A stretch of DNA of 63,842 bases, filler included, from Octopus bimaculoides (Eukaryota), in NCBI RefSeq assembly GCF_001194135.2. It is 6 parts of 5 records of this genome, joined end to end, with 100 filler letters (N's around TTAATTAATTAA, not from the genome) between each part and the next. Parts side by side here need not be neighbours in the genome. Positions count along the whole stretch, not along the records: positions 1 to 24,509 come from NC_068982.1; 5 more parts are not named here. One strand, given 5' to 3'. This document shows positions 1-12,889 of the stretch, one piece after another. The notes under the pieces are model-generated. The model had not been told where the DNA came from. It saw only the letters and a list, made by a program, of their open reading frames with translations, and ran no database searches. Position 1 is the first letter of the stretch. Every line of letters begins with the position of its first letter. Both the position numbers and the translations under genes were made by a program.

Positions 1-342
1 GTTTGTTGTGATTGTTGGGATTGTATTGTGTGTGTTTTTCTTTTGAGTGTGTGTGTGACATTTTTACTGGGGAACAGGCGTATGGTGTTTGTATGTGTGT
101 GTACATATGTATGCAAATATGCGTGTGTGAATATGATTTGTGGTTGCCGGAGTGGTGTGTAGGTGTGTGCATGTACCTGCTTAAATATGTGTGTATGGGT
201 GTTGGTTGTGGTTGCTACAATTGTATTATAAGTGTATATATGCATGTGTTTTTTCTTGAAATGTATGTGGGTTTGTGCTCTAGTGTGGAGATATTGTGAT
301 TGTCTGTGTGTGTATATATGTGTGTAAGTGTGTTCGTGTCGG
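1..342. repeat. Degenerate (TG)/(TATG)-rich simple repeat, ending at an 851-N gap (343-1193)
   Basis: Near-continuous TG/TA dinucleotides; the overlapping Cys/Val-rich ORFs are translations of the repeat. Confidence 0.85.
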
Positions 343-1730
343 NNNNNNNNNNNNNNNNNNNNNNNNNNNNNNNNNNNNNNNNNNNNNNNNNNNNNNNNNN
401 NNNNNNNNNNNNNNNNNNNNNNNNNNNNNNNNNNNNNNNNNNNNNNNNNNNNNNNNNNNNNNNNNNNNNNNNNNNNNNNNNNNNNNNNNNNNNNNNNNNN
501 NNNNNNNNNNNNNNNNNNNNNNNNNNNNNNNNNNNNNNNNNNNNNNNNNNNNNNNNNNNNNNNNNNNNNNNNNNNNNNNNNNNNNNNNNNNNNNNNNNNN
601 NNNNNNNNNNNNNNNNNNNNNNNNNNNNNNNNNNNNNNNNNNNNNNNNNNNNNNNNNNNNNNNNNNNNNNNNNNNNNNNNNNNNNNNNNNNNNNNNNNNN
701 NNNNNNNNNNNNNNNNNNNNNNNNNNNNNNNNNNNNNNNNNNNNNNNNNNNNNNNNNNNNNNNNNNNNNNNNNNNNNNNNNNNNNNNNNNNNNNNNNNNN
801 NNNNNNNNNNNNNNNNNNNNNNNNNNNNNNNNNNNNNNNNNNNNNNNNNNNNNNNNNNNNNNNNNNNNNNNNNNNNNNNNNNNNNNNNNNNNNNNNNNNN
901 NNNNNNNNNNNNNNNNNNNNNNNNNNNNNNNNNNNNNNNNNNNNNNNNNNNNNNNNNNNNNNNNNNNNNNNNNNNNNNNNNNNNNNNNNNNNNNNNNNNN
1001 NNNNNNNNNNNNNNNNNNNNNNNNNNNNNNNNNNNNNNNNNNNNNNNNNNNNNNNNNNNNNNNNNNNNNNNNNNNNNNNNNNNNNNNNNNNNNNNNNNNN
1101 NNNNNNNNNNNNNNNNNNNNNNNNNNNNNNNNNNNNNNNNNNNNNNNNNNNNNNNNNNNNNNNNNNNNNNNNNNNNNNNNNNNNNNNNNNNNNTATACAT
1201 ATGCTCTGGCCTTAATATTTTGTAGAAATTAAGGTCAATGGCCTCCCAAACAAAACGGATTTAGTTATATCAAAATAAAAGGTAAATGGATTCAACATTA
1301 TAAATTAAAAATCATAGAAGTGCTGAAGTATCATATTCCTCCTGTTGCCGCCGAATACGGTCATAATCAAGTTAACGTAGATTCTGCTGCAGGGTGAATA
1401 AAGATAATTTGGAATAATTGGCAAGCTTAAGTGTAAATTGGATATATACGCAAGCTAAATATAAAGTTGAAGGAATAGAAACCCGACAAGACTGCTCAGA
1501 ATGGAAGCATGATGAGCAAATACAAAGAAATAGAAGAAGAGAGTGTGTAACGCATAATATCAGGGTAAAACTAAATAAAATAACTAAAAGAAGGAAGATT
1601 AAAAAAAATATACGTTCATCTGATTAACACTTAAATGTAGTGCAATAAGAACCGGGTAATCATTTGTAAACCACTTTTGTTTACCATTTGTATTTACTGA
1701 ATATAAGGTAGTTGGTGTGCGGGTGTGTGT

Positions 1731-1808
1731 GTATGTGTGCGCGCGCGGTACCTGTCAGTATGTATGTATTTATATACATGTGTATGTGTGTGTGTATGTG
1801 TGTATGTG

Positions 1809-1845
<37 letters not shown>

Positions 1846-1862
1846 ATATGTATGTATGTGTC
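1731..1862. repeat. (TG)n/(TATG)n microsatellite
   Basis: Seen directly. Confidence 0.9.
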
Positions 1863-2146
1863 TGCATGACGTTTTGTTGGTTCTCATATCACCAACAATT
1901 TACTTTAGCAATTCGGCAAAAGGTATCCGATAAAATCAGGATTATACGACATAAAATCCACTTTGCCTACAAAGAGACCTGATGTTATAAGGCACCAAGT
2001 CCATTTTCAAAACTTGTATGGAAGAGAAGGAATACGTTAAACTTTTGATGATGATATCGGTCACTATTGACTTTATAACATCTAGTGAAACTGATGTGCA
2101 TGTTGATGCTGTTCACTGACAAAGATGCTCTTGAGCAAAATACAAT

Positions 2147-2199
<53 letters not shown>

Positions 2200-2205
2200 T
2201 TACTA

Positions 2206-2237
<32 letters not shown>

Positions 2238-2265
2238 TCTGCTGCCGCTTCTGCTGCTGCTGCTG

Positions 2266-2322
<57 letters not shown>
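2147..2322. repeat. Compound trinucleotide microsatellite (ACT)n-(GCT)n-(ACT)n
   Basis: Two ACT tracts flank a central GCT-type tract; source of the poly-T/L/S/V ORFs. Confidence 0.95.
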
Positions 2323-3209
2323 GGTTTAAATTGAAGTAACTGACAGTCATCATACAATGTTGACGCACTGCCAAAACAATACAACAGTATCCGAATGACT
2401 TGGTTACATTATTGCTTTTGCTAACAAAATATGTACATAAACAGTAAATACATATTTAACAAAACAAAGTATTCGTTATAAGCGTATAAATTACGTTGTT
2501 GTAACCAGCTGGGTTTGAAGATTTTCCCTTTTTATTTTGAAGCTCCAGTAGCAACTATAGAAAAGTCAATGGTGGCGCGCATTGGCAGTTCCGCAATGTA
2601 TGTTTCCACTTTACGAAAATAATTTCTCATCTCTGTTGCCGTCTCAGTGTCAATTTCACTCTCCTTGTAATCGAAATTCAATTGCGTTGTGAGCAAATTG
2701 TTTCCAGATGTCAAAATCTAATGCAATAAAGCTGAATTTTGCTGGAAGAACAGCGTGCATTGCGCGAAAATTTCGGGGAATACTTTATGTACGGACGACA
2801 TGTCGGTCTTCATTGCGATAGTCTTAATTTGTTAATTGCTTTATCGTAATCTAGTGATGATGTTGCTGATTGGTTACAAGTTATACGAAAATGTGGAAAC
2901 CTAGAAATTAAGAAAATCTTTGTTCTTTTTTTCCACAGATTAACATACAATCTTTGTCGATAAGGAAAAATATCATTTTTAGAACATATATAATATTTCA
3001 GAAGTTACATAAATTACTTTGTCCTCAAGTCATTCCCCGTAACAACAACATTGGAGCGTAAAGCGATCTAAATGTGTTTAGATAAATCCTTTTATACTCT
3101 AAGTTCAAATCATTTTGAAAGCATCTTTACTTTTTTATTAGTCTAAATTCCATAGTAAAAGAAATCGACAAATGTTGATGGTTAGTAGACTTCATCTGTG
3201 GTTTCATAG

Positions 3210-3340
3210 TGATGTAAGAAATCAATATTCAAACTATTCTGATGACCTTCATAATGTAATATCGGCATTAGAAAATGAAGCAAAGATTTATATTCAATCC
3301 ATTAATGTTACAAGAAGTCAATTTTTATGTGTTGATATTG
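3210..3340 (+). CDS. Candidate internal exon of an unidentified gene (DVRNQYSNYSDDLHNVISALENEAKIYIQSINVTRSQFLCVDI)
   Basis: Acceptor tggtttcatag, donor TTG|gtaaaa, 131 nt open as 1+43 codons+1. No recognised homology and no securely linked exon. Confidence 0.3.
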
Positions 3341-4781
3341 GTAAAATATGTTTCAGTATAATTATTTCACTTTCAGTGTAATTATTTTGAAATAATGAAA
3401 GGAGTAAATGCTGTTATGATAGAAGAGTTACCTCAACAGTAATAACTACTTTATTACTGAATTATACTGTCTGCCAATTTGATTAGTCACAAGACAGTAA
3501 ATATTAACGATAACTGCCTCAAGAAAAGTAACTGAAATCAAAGAAATATTTGCTTCAATGGAAACAACCTTTACGAGATGGAAAGGTCATTGCATCAATC
3601 TAAAGTATGTACTTTGTAGATATAATACCTCTCACAACACTAAAACATTTTCTAGAATGTAAAGTCTACATAGATGAAAAGACATGTCTAATAAGTATTC
3701 GTTCTTGATATGCCACAATGCAGTTCATATTTTCTTCATACAAAACATGACCAAATTTTCACCTGGAATTATACTTTCTTCAACTGCTAGCATATATGTT
3801 TGTGTCAGAAAAATGCGGTATCTAATTTTTCCAGAGAGATAGCTGATATCCTTATTATATTGACAGATTGTATAGAATATCGTAGCTAGCTCATTAAATC
3901 ACACGGAAGCCAGTGATGTCGACACTTTAATTACCTGACGTCATTTCAAAAACTATTATATATAATATATTTTCTAAAACTAATATAAATTCCTTGATAC
4001 CTTTGGATATTTAATAAATCGTCACCAACATCCGCCATAAAACCATTATAAATCGTTTCTATATTAATATTGATAACATCCTGACATGTGATGAATGAAA
4101 TACATTTCTTTAATATTTAATACCCTGAAATTAACATCTTCACGCAATATAATAACCTAACCTCACTCTTTTCATACACTCTGCAGAAGAAATAATCTTC
4201 ATTTGCTATTTATATGAAGAAATCTAAAGTATCTTCTGTTAGCCGTCAGGTGATGAAGCCTTAGAAATTATAAACAATGCAACAAAAATATTAATGAAAT
4301 TTCAGTCTTACTATTTAACAAAGCGAGAATGTGAAAATTATGTAACCAAACAAAATTCACTCGCAATAATAACAGGATGAATAATAGGATAATATACTCG
4401 ATTACCTAAAAACTTAAGCACTTCAGTTTTGACCGACATCAACTTCTGACCTAAGCTCACATCTGTGTGTATTTTGATCCTCCAGCTCAACAGTAAAATG
4501 TTGACATATTAAATACTTGTAGACATTCACATGCAATATCTATAGACGACTCCCTTAAGTATCAGAACTACGCAAATAAATACCCTCCATCAAAACAATA
4601 CAGACACACTAGATCCATATTATAGAGATATCAGTTGGCATAAATCTGATATGGGCTGCACAGGTCTGATTCATATATCACTTGTAGAAACTTTTACGTT
4701 TATCTACCTAATGGACAGCGCCTTGCAGAAGGCTCAGAGAAGTAGTTTAAAAATAAGCAAAAGTCCACTTCGAAGAATAAT

Positions 4782-4862
4782 AACCTTATCCATATTGTTC
4801 AACCTTATCCATATTGTTCAACCTTATCCATATTGTTCAACCTTATCCATATTGTTCAACCT
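4782..4862. repeat. 19-bp tandem repeat AACCTTATCCATATTGTTC x4
   Basis: Four perfect copies at 4782, 4801, 4820 and 4839, plus a partial AACCT. Confidence 0.95.
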
Positions 4863-5491
4863 CCGTCCTTGCATGAAAGGAGCCATACATCGGAGAAGGT
4901 GGTAATATTATGGTGCAAGGTCAAGACCGTGGGCAAGGAGAAGCAGTACTTACAACCTCTCAGATTCCTCAAGTTTGCGCTTGGTCACACTGGCAGTGTG
5001 TCCTGAGGCATTGCTATACTGTAAGTGTGCGTCTTCGACTAACCATTGCTGGATAGCGGGCACTCAAAGCATCATATATTCACACCTTATAAATTGTATC
5101 TATCTATTTATTCTTCCGTATGCATACCTAACAACGAGTGTGTATATATGTGCCTACATGCATCTATATTTTTTTGTTACCATACTTCAGTGATATACAA
5201 ACTCATTCCAATGCTTACATATATACTCGTTTTATACAGGTAGTGTAGAATGTATATATATAAATATATATGGCAGCAATAGCTCCGTTTCGGGGGTCTC
5301 TGTTCATGGAATCGGTGCATGTTTTCTGTGCGATATCTAGGTTGCAAGTGGATGATATATTGAAGGACCAAACGAGACAAAACTAATGATGGGAGAAACA
5401 AATGCACATACGATGATAGACAAGAAGAGCTCTGCAAAGCTATGTCATTGTGGTGACATTTGATATAAATCAAACTTTCCATGTGATATCT

Positions 5492-6497
5492 AGAAATGTT
5501 TGGTGTATCAAGAATTACTGCCTCGAAAGTAATAACAGCCTTCGAGAAAGAGGGAAAAACCTCCTCGTCGAAACAAAACTCCGGAAGAAATCCAAAACAT
5601 TCAGATAGGGACCATCGGACTCTTACGCGAATTGTTAGAAAGGATTACAAAAAGTACAGTTCTCAAAATTACTGTAGAGCTTAATGACTACCTCCAGAAC
5701 CCAGTTTCTACAAAACCTGTACGTCGGGAGCTGCATAAAGCTGGATTTTACGGGAGGGCTGCAATCAGAAAACCACTACTTTCAAAATCAAACGTTGCAA
5801 AGCGTTTAGAGTGAAGTAAAAAGCTACAGAATTGGTTCCTAGAGCAGTGGAAGAATGTTATTTTCTCGGACTAGTCATCCTTTACCTTATTTCCGGCCAC
5901 CGGCCGAGTATACGTGTGGAGACAGCCAAAAGAAGCATTTGAACCAGACTGCCTTCCTCCAACTATTATATATGGAGGAGGATCTGTAATGATCTGGGGA
6001 GCTATATCTGGGTAATCTGCCGGCCCAATTCCCTTCATGGCAGAATTAATAGTCAAGACTATTTAAGCATGTTATCTGATCAAATTCATCCTGTGGCTGC
6101 GGAACTGTTTCTGAGGGAAACGCAATCTTTCAGCATGATAATGTACCAATTCACACAGCTAAAGTTTTTACTGAATGGCACGAGGAACATTCTATTGAAG
6201 TTGAACATCTTATGTGGCCACCACAGTCCCCAGAGCTCAATATTATTGAACATTTATGGTGCATTTTATAAAAGCAAGTAAGGAGTCGATATCCTCCACC
6301 ATCATCAATACAAGAACTGGGAACTGTTTTAGCTGAAGAATGGACAAAAATTCCGTTGGAAATAATTCAAACCTTGTACGAGTTCATACATCGTAGAATT
6401 CAAGTTGTAATTACTGTCAAAGGCGGTCCTACTCCATATTAAAAATAAATTTGTTTGAAACTTTAAGGTGTTTCCATTATTTTGTCGAACCCCTGTA
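5492..6497 (+). mobile_element. Tc1-family (DD34E) DNA transposon, 5'-truncated, transposase pseudogene
   Basis: Frameshifted translation gives FGVSRITASKVITAFEKEGK (HTH), WKNVIFSD*SSF (D1), [10 protein letters not shown] (D2), [15 protein letters not shown] (E) and KGGPTPY* (stop 6440-6442). Right end ...TTTGTCGAACCCCTG followed by TA; no matching left TIR seen. Confidence 0.92.
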
Positions 6498-6523
6498 TAT
6501 ATAATTAGTAAATTAGTTAGATA

Positions 6524-6573
6524 GATAAATAGATAGATAGATAAATAGACAGACAGGCAGATAGATTGATAGT

Positions 6574-6607
<34 letters not shown>

Positions 6608-6672
6608 CAGAGATAGATAGAGAGAGAGAGAGAGATAGATAGATGGATAGATAGATATACAGACAGACAGAT
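6524..6672. repeat. (GATA)n/(GACA)n/(GA)n microsatellite
   Basis: Seen directly, just after the Tc1 right end. Confidence 0.9.
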
Positions 6673-8949
6673 GAGCATGCGTTTATGAACGGCGATATTC
6701 AGTTATGTTTGTGTTAAATTTACCAGTATTTCTATATTATCTTTCTTTGTACCATTGTACAATGAAAGTTTTGTAATAATAGAGATTATGTGCTAGTTTT
6801 CGATATCTTCTTTTAAACTTTAATTGGAAAGTCACCCTATTCGAATAAGCAATTACAATAGAGAACACTTAGCATTTACTCACATCGCATTATTTCAAAT
6901 TAAAAGAAAAACAACACCTGATTTCGTAGCCTGCGGACAATTTCGCCAGGATTCCTATTATAGACCAGACCATTTGTTCGATTTGGCCTTTAAGTAAGCA
7001 CGGAATGTAATTGGAGAGAAATTTAAATTGAACATATAAATGTAGCAAAGGATTATGCCTTCAGGGGTCAACATTCACTTGATTTTCCATAAAGACTTGA
7101 GGTTATCTCCAAGGAGTTAAATGCAGACATAATCAGTTTACAGAAGTGTATATAGAAGTTATTGACCTTTTGACATTCTCTAATTCGGACAAAATTTCTG
7201 CAAGGAGCTAATCTATTATTGAAATAACATATCAAACAATTACATTAGGTTATACTTAATATGCCAAATCGAATAATCCAAGAGAGTTTATCAATCATTA
7301 CTAATATAATGAAATGCTAGATAAGTAAGACTATCCTATTTTGTTCAATATATATACTCGTACAAAATATTTAATAACAATAATTATACAAGCATATTAA
7401 AGATTTAGAGTCAATTATTTCTTTTAACCTTAAATTAATTGAATTGCTCAAATCAATAGTTATTATGCATCGTGTTACAAATATTAAAACAATACTCACA
7501 CTTCAATCTTTTCTTGAAGTATGAGAAGGTTATTGCTCAATATATTCAAATAGTTGTAGAATGTTAGAGATTTATATTAAAATACTTACTTATGAAAATA
7601 ACTAACCGTATTCTTTGTTTAACATTTGCTTAACATTATGCGTCACTATTATAGAAACATTACATTTTCCCCTGAAATTTAGTCAATGTATAAACTAGAA
7701 AGGTCAGAAACGTACAAGGTTTCTTTTTTTTTTCTATTTACACACACGTATTTGTAAATTCATGAAGTCTTCCCTGACAGTTAGTATGAAGTACATTGCT
7801 GCTTCATCAAGGAAGGAAACGATATAAGATTTTTGTTTCGTTCTCGAATGATGGTATTCATTTTACTGAGATAATTTGAAAGTAGGTTCTGGAAAATTGA
7901 TTCATCTGTTTGTGGCAAAGTGCAGAAATCAAGTAGTGTGTGTAGATCCTAATATCCGTCCAGAGGGAACTTGTGATAGCTTGAATTTGTTGATCCCAGT
8001 GAATTGTCAACATTCATTTAGCCCTTGGATGCTAATGTTGCAATATAAATCTAGATATTTTGTGGACTGCTGTTGCTGCAGAAACCTATCTCCTGTTATG
8101 AAAACTTTATATACCTTCTAACATTATATGTTGTTGTTGTTTATATTTTCTTGAAATACGTTTGGTTAAATTAATTTCGTCACTTTCCTGAACAGTCTGT
8201 TGATGGTTTACTGCGTTCGCCGCGAAAACCAATCTCTTGAAGCTATATCCATGTTATATCCTTATCTGTCTATACATATTACTCTTTAGCATTTACATTG
8301 CGAGATTTCATCTGAGGATACTGGATGTCTTATCAATTGCATTAATGATCTTTTCGCTAGAACTTTCAACAAAATACACTACCATACTGATATTTGCTAC
8401 AATAATTGAAAGGATCCAGTCTTCAATCACAGACTATAAATCTCAGTAGTTATTGGAGAAATATCCCACGATCAATTGTCTTACTAGTTTTCTAATTACA
8501 TCTTTTTTATGTACTGTATATTTTCTGTAAAGGTTTTGCCGTTATAACTAGATGCAGAAAAGTAACGTCCTTCATTTCAGAGACTTTGGATTCTGAAACT
8601 AGTGGGGTAGATATCCTCACATCGGCGGCATGAGTTCAATGTCAGTAGAAGAAAGAGCCATAACCTACGGTCACGTGATTTTATGAAAACATTCTATTGG
8701 TTAATTCTACCACCAAAACATACAGTCCCACCTGTAAGCGTTCTCGGAAACTTAACCCACAAAATATTACACGGAGGACTTTGAATGACCCGAGGCTATT
8801 GTAGAATATATTTTAAAGAAGCTACCACGCAAAATCACATAATTCTAAAGAGAACTTACTTATTACCCTGCCATATCTGCTCTTCTACGTAACGTAACCA
8901 ATGTAATTCATCTAACATATTTATTTCGGTGACAATCAAGACTCACTTT

Positions 8950-9024
8950 TCAATCTACTACAATAAATACTCAAACTTTAAGCCTACATAAATATACACT
9001 CCCTCAACTTTTACAAAATAAACA

Positions 9025-9075
<51 letters not shown>

Positions 9076-9260
9076 ACTGTCTCTTTCCCTAGCTTTGGTC
9101 TACAAAATGACACCTGCCCTAATTTGAGGCTACTATAATCTATCCCCCATTTAGGCTACGATAAACACGTGCTTATTTCAGGCTACAATAAATACTTCCC
9201 TATTTTTTTGCAATAATAGATACTCGTCTGTTTTAGGCTACAACAATAGTCTATCATTCA
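8950..9260. repeat. Degenerate ~30-bp minisatellite (core TTAGGCTACAATAA) interrupted by (CT)n at ~9026-9078
   Basis: Recurrent AGGCTAC(A/G)ATAA-like cores near 9125, 9152, 9180 and 9235. Confidence 0.55.
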
Positions 9261-12200
9261 AATCTTTTTCTCATTTAACACAGTCTTTATCGGTTAACAT
9301 TGTCGTTGTTGTTCAAACCTGGCTTGGACGATACCAAGCAGACTTGTGATCAAATATTTTGTCAGTTATGATCTTAATATCAAGGACTATGCGATCTGAT
9401 TTAACCTACCTTTCTAAGATATTGTGATTTCAGAGTAACTTAGCTTCTAATGTCAGTAGATTAAATAAGGGCCTGGAGGCTGACTTTCTAACTTAATTGT
9501 TAGTCTTTATACTGATCTCTCTATTCAATAAGTGTCTTCTCTTCTCATGGATTTCTCAAAAATATTAACAGCGGCAAAAATTCAGTTTAATAACCTAAAC
9601 TATGAAACCCACCAACCAACGTACTTAATTCAAAACGCACCAACTATCTTCCCCAGTCATCATAAAGCGACAGAAATGTTCTTACTACAAGAATTAATAA
9701 ATTAAATAAGTTGGTTTAACTATTACCTTCACACGAATATGTCACATTCTTTTTGTTTTTTCAGTTAAAAACTTTTGTTATTTCAATACTGTGTGACATA
9801 ATCTAAGCTAGCTGTAAACTTTTCCCTTCACAAACTGAATTCAGGTTACAGATGACAGATGCGTCACCTCATTTCAGTCCCAACTGATCAAATATAGGAA
9901 TAGCATGATATACGTTGGAAACATTAATTTCCAGAATGGATAGGAGTTAACGTATCACACATTCACCTGTTTCATTACTGTGAAAACTCTTTCATTACTT
10001 TCATCTGGTGCGAAATTGCACGATTGATCAGATAATTTTAAAACAATTTCGCGTGCATTAAATCAGGCAACTGATCAAACTGTTTTTGTGAAGATCATTA
10101 GATAAGAATGTATAGTGTTTAGAACATTTAATTTGTAAACACGCAACCGATTACTTAATTACTTTACTGCTGCTTGTATGTAATTTTTTTTCTATTTTCT
10201 ATTTGTATGTGGACCACATTACAATACCTTGTTTACAAGAAATTTTCAGACCTTGTAAAGAAAAAAATAATATGAATAGATGACAAAAATAAATTAATAT
10301 TGAAGCGAAATTATTCCCGTCACAAGCTTGCAAAGTTTGATGTTTTGCGAGCGTTCCAATCAATCGATATTCAAACATATTTTATTATTCTGGAAAACGT
10401 TGTTTCGCCATATATAAAAACATGAATTTCGATAAATATTATTTATATCGTATTCCTGTACTTCACTGGAGACCATCCTACAAATCTAGTTTAGTAATGA
10501 AATTATTTACAAAAGGTATCATAAGCTACAACCATAAAAAAGGTATTTGGCTCAATGTCAAAGCTTCAAACTCATTAATATGTCGTAAATCCTGCCTCAC
10601 ATTTCTTTTACACACAGAACTTACCCCAGATCCAGCACAAAGAAATTAGGTCAAAATTCCTTTACAGGGATGTAGAAGTCTAGATTTTCTTCCTCACATG
10701 CTTTTTCCGAGGAGATGTTGATTTGCATACTCTTCTGTTAAATGCTGAATATAACTCAACAACTTTCACCATGTTTGTATTTATATAAGTGCTTGATGAA
10801 AACAGTAAGATACATTCTGTACATTGTATACAGTCGAAACATAGAAAGTAAACTTCTCTTAAAGTAACTGTTGAACAAGTTAATCGAATCTTGATCTTTC
10901 CTAACAAGATTCATGACGTATAGTCATCCAGGCTAAAATTTAAAGTAAAGAGATAATACTTATTAGATATTTGTAACCACAGATTAGTAATCTTTAGAAG
11001 CATCTAGTTTATAGCTGTAAACAATCTCGTACATGATTTGATTATTTCTTCCTCTATATCTGTGCCACAATCTACATTCTGAGCATGTTCTAACGTCTTC
11101 GTTAGCATTTACAGTAAACGATCCATTTTAAAATATCTATTTCAAAATCAGGGTTTGCTAAAAACAGAATATTTAATGACGTATTTTTCTCTAGCATGGT
11201 ATTGTAAAGTGGCTTTATTACTTTCCTATTTCTATACTTAAATAAAACTGTGTCCAAGATATTCCTTCATTGCTTATGAGCCAAATTTCAAGCTTCTAAA
11301 TTATATGTGACCATTGTTTTTGCTGCTGAAGCTGACTTTATATTATAAATGATAGTTATTTAAATAATGGTATATACTTATACAATTTCCATGTAATTTA
11401 TTCATAGGTGCGCTGTAAGAGTCCAGACAAAAGCAAAGCCTACAATGCCTAGTGGAATTAAATCATCCAGAACTGAGCAGCTTTTCCCAGCATCCCAAGT
11501 CTGCATATAGAACTTTAGGTCGAGAGTTTCAGTGCAACTATAATAAATTAATAAAAAGGAAACAAATCAAATAACTCTATAAATCTCACGAAAAACAAAT
11601 ATGTGCTAACATGATGGTATTGCATGTGAATAGATCACCCATTTCTTTCACAACACATTCGTCAACTCTGGGTTTATATTAAAGAGCAGTTGCTCAAACT
11701 GTCAACTGTCACATACCGAGTTCATACCCAAGATTATGTGATGGTGACCAAACTAGCAGATAATACCAATAAATTATTTAATACAAATGTAAATTAACGG
11801 AACCCTTTGTAATTAATAGCTTTATTATTAATCACTTCAAAACATTAAATATGTTGGCTATGTGATTCCCTGGTGAGTTAGTCGATTATCTGAAATGAAC
11901 CAGATGCAATATTTTCTTTATAACATAAGCCATGGTAAAAAGTATTTTCCTTTTGTAAACATTGTGTTATCAGTTCATTTACGATAAAAAAAAAGCAGAC
12001 AAACATTAAATTAATTTAATATAGTTGATTATATTTAGTTTGTTTATTTGGATGATTGATCGTTATTCAGCTTTAGAATGACTATATATGTAACAAATAT
12101 TGATTAATAATTACTAGAATGTTCATTCATCATACTTCCTACAAGATCAATGTAAGATCTTTCAACAAATCTCCAAGGTAAGTATAATTTATTAATCGCA

Positions 12201-12458
12201 AATATAAAATTAATTTTCCTTCAAGATTTAGATGTAAAGTGCCAATGTTTTAGCTCAAACACACTCTTCATTTTAAAATAAATTATTGAAAAAAATTGAA
12301 ATGGGTGTACTAAATTATCTTCAATTCGTTATCCTCGTCTTTAGATGCATTGTGGTCGTATATCGTTGCCTTCCCAATTTGTTATGAACCAAATTTTAAG
12401 ACTTGCAGAATCTGATAACTTTATGAATCTGTTTGTAATTAAAGTTTATATGTAGTAA

Positions 12459-12782
12459 TGTGGTAGGGGATTAGTAATAATGGTACACCTTCCCACGTGG
12501 AATGAGTCAGTTACTACAAGTAAGGTGACGTCGGTCGGTATCGACAGAATGCCCGTAGACTGTGTTGATTGTCATGTCTGTACTGATGTAGTAATTATAC
12601 TACGATACCAAATGGGTGTTAAATGATCCAACCCTTTGAGGGTAATAACACTGTATGACTGGGGGTCGTACAATGCCATATAGAGACAGTCTATCGACGA
12701 CTTCGGTCTATATAACATCTGTCAGAGCGACAACCGTCGTCAAAAGACAGATGCAAAAGTGGCAAAAGACGGCTTTACAACA
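12459..12782 (+). repeat. 5' LTR (324 bp)
   Basis: TGTGGTAGGGG...TTTACAACA; aligns by eye to 16955-17237 at roughly 80-85% identity outside indels. Confidence 0.92.
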
Positions 12783-12783
12783 G

Positions 12784-12793
12784 TGGTGACGAA
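12784..12793 (+). other. Primer-binding site, tRNA-Ser(GCT)-like
   Basis: TGGTGACGAA lies 1 nt after the LTR and resembles TGGCGACGAG, the complement of the eukaryotic tRNA-Ser(GCT) 3' end, with two transitions. Confidence 0.7.
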
Positions 12794-12889
12794 TATAAAC
12801 CAATTGATGTGGATTTAATAGAATCTCGTAGAGGAGTTAACAAACTCACAAAGTCTTTTGCGTAAATTTTACCAAAAATCACAAAAAGT

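Noticed and set aside
280-1232. Long ORFs spanning N gaps (also 25249-26647, 35660-36800, 54744-55227, 56498-57268)
   Set aside because: Their length comes from Ns translating as X. Only the RTE part of 25249 and exon d within 56498 are real coding-derived sequence.
1906-2040. Possible terminal exon QFGKRYPIKSGLY..GIR* with a neuropeptide-like FGKR
   Set aside because: Single motif, no upstream exon, and two other frames are partly open; insufficient support.
2532-2830. CpG-richer patch with a 60-codon minus ORF and plus-strand splice-like sites
   Set aside because: Exon models on the two strands conflict and I recognised no homology.
10579-10920. Protein-like + frame interrupted by several stops
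   Set aside because: No identifiable family; could be an old TE or chance.
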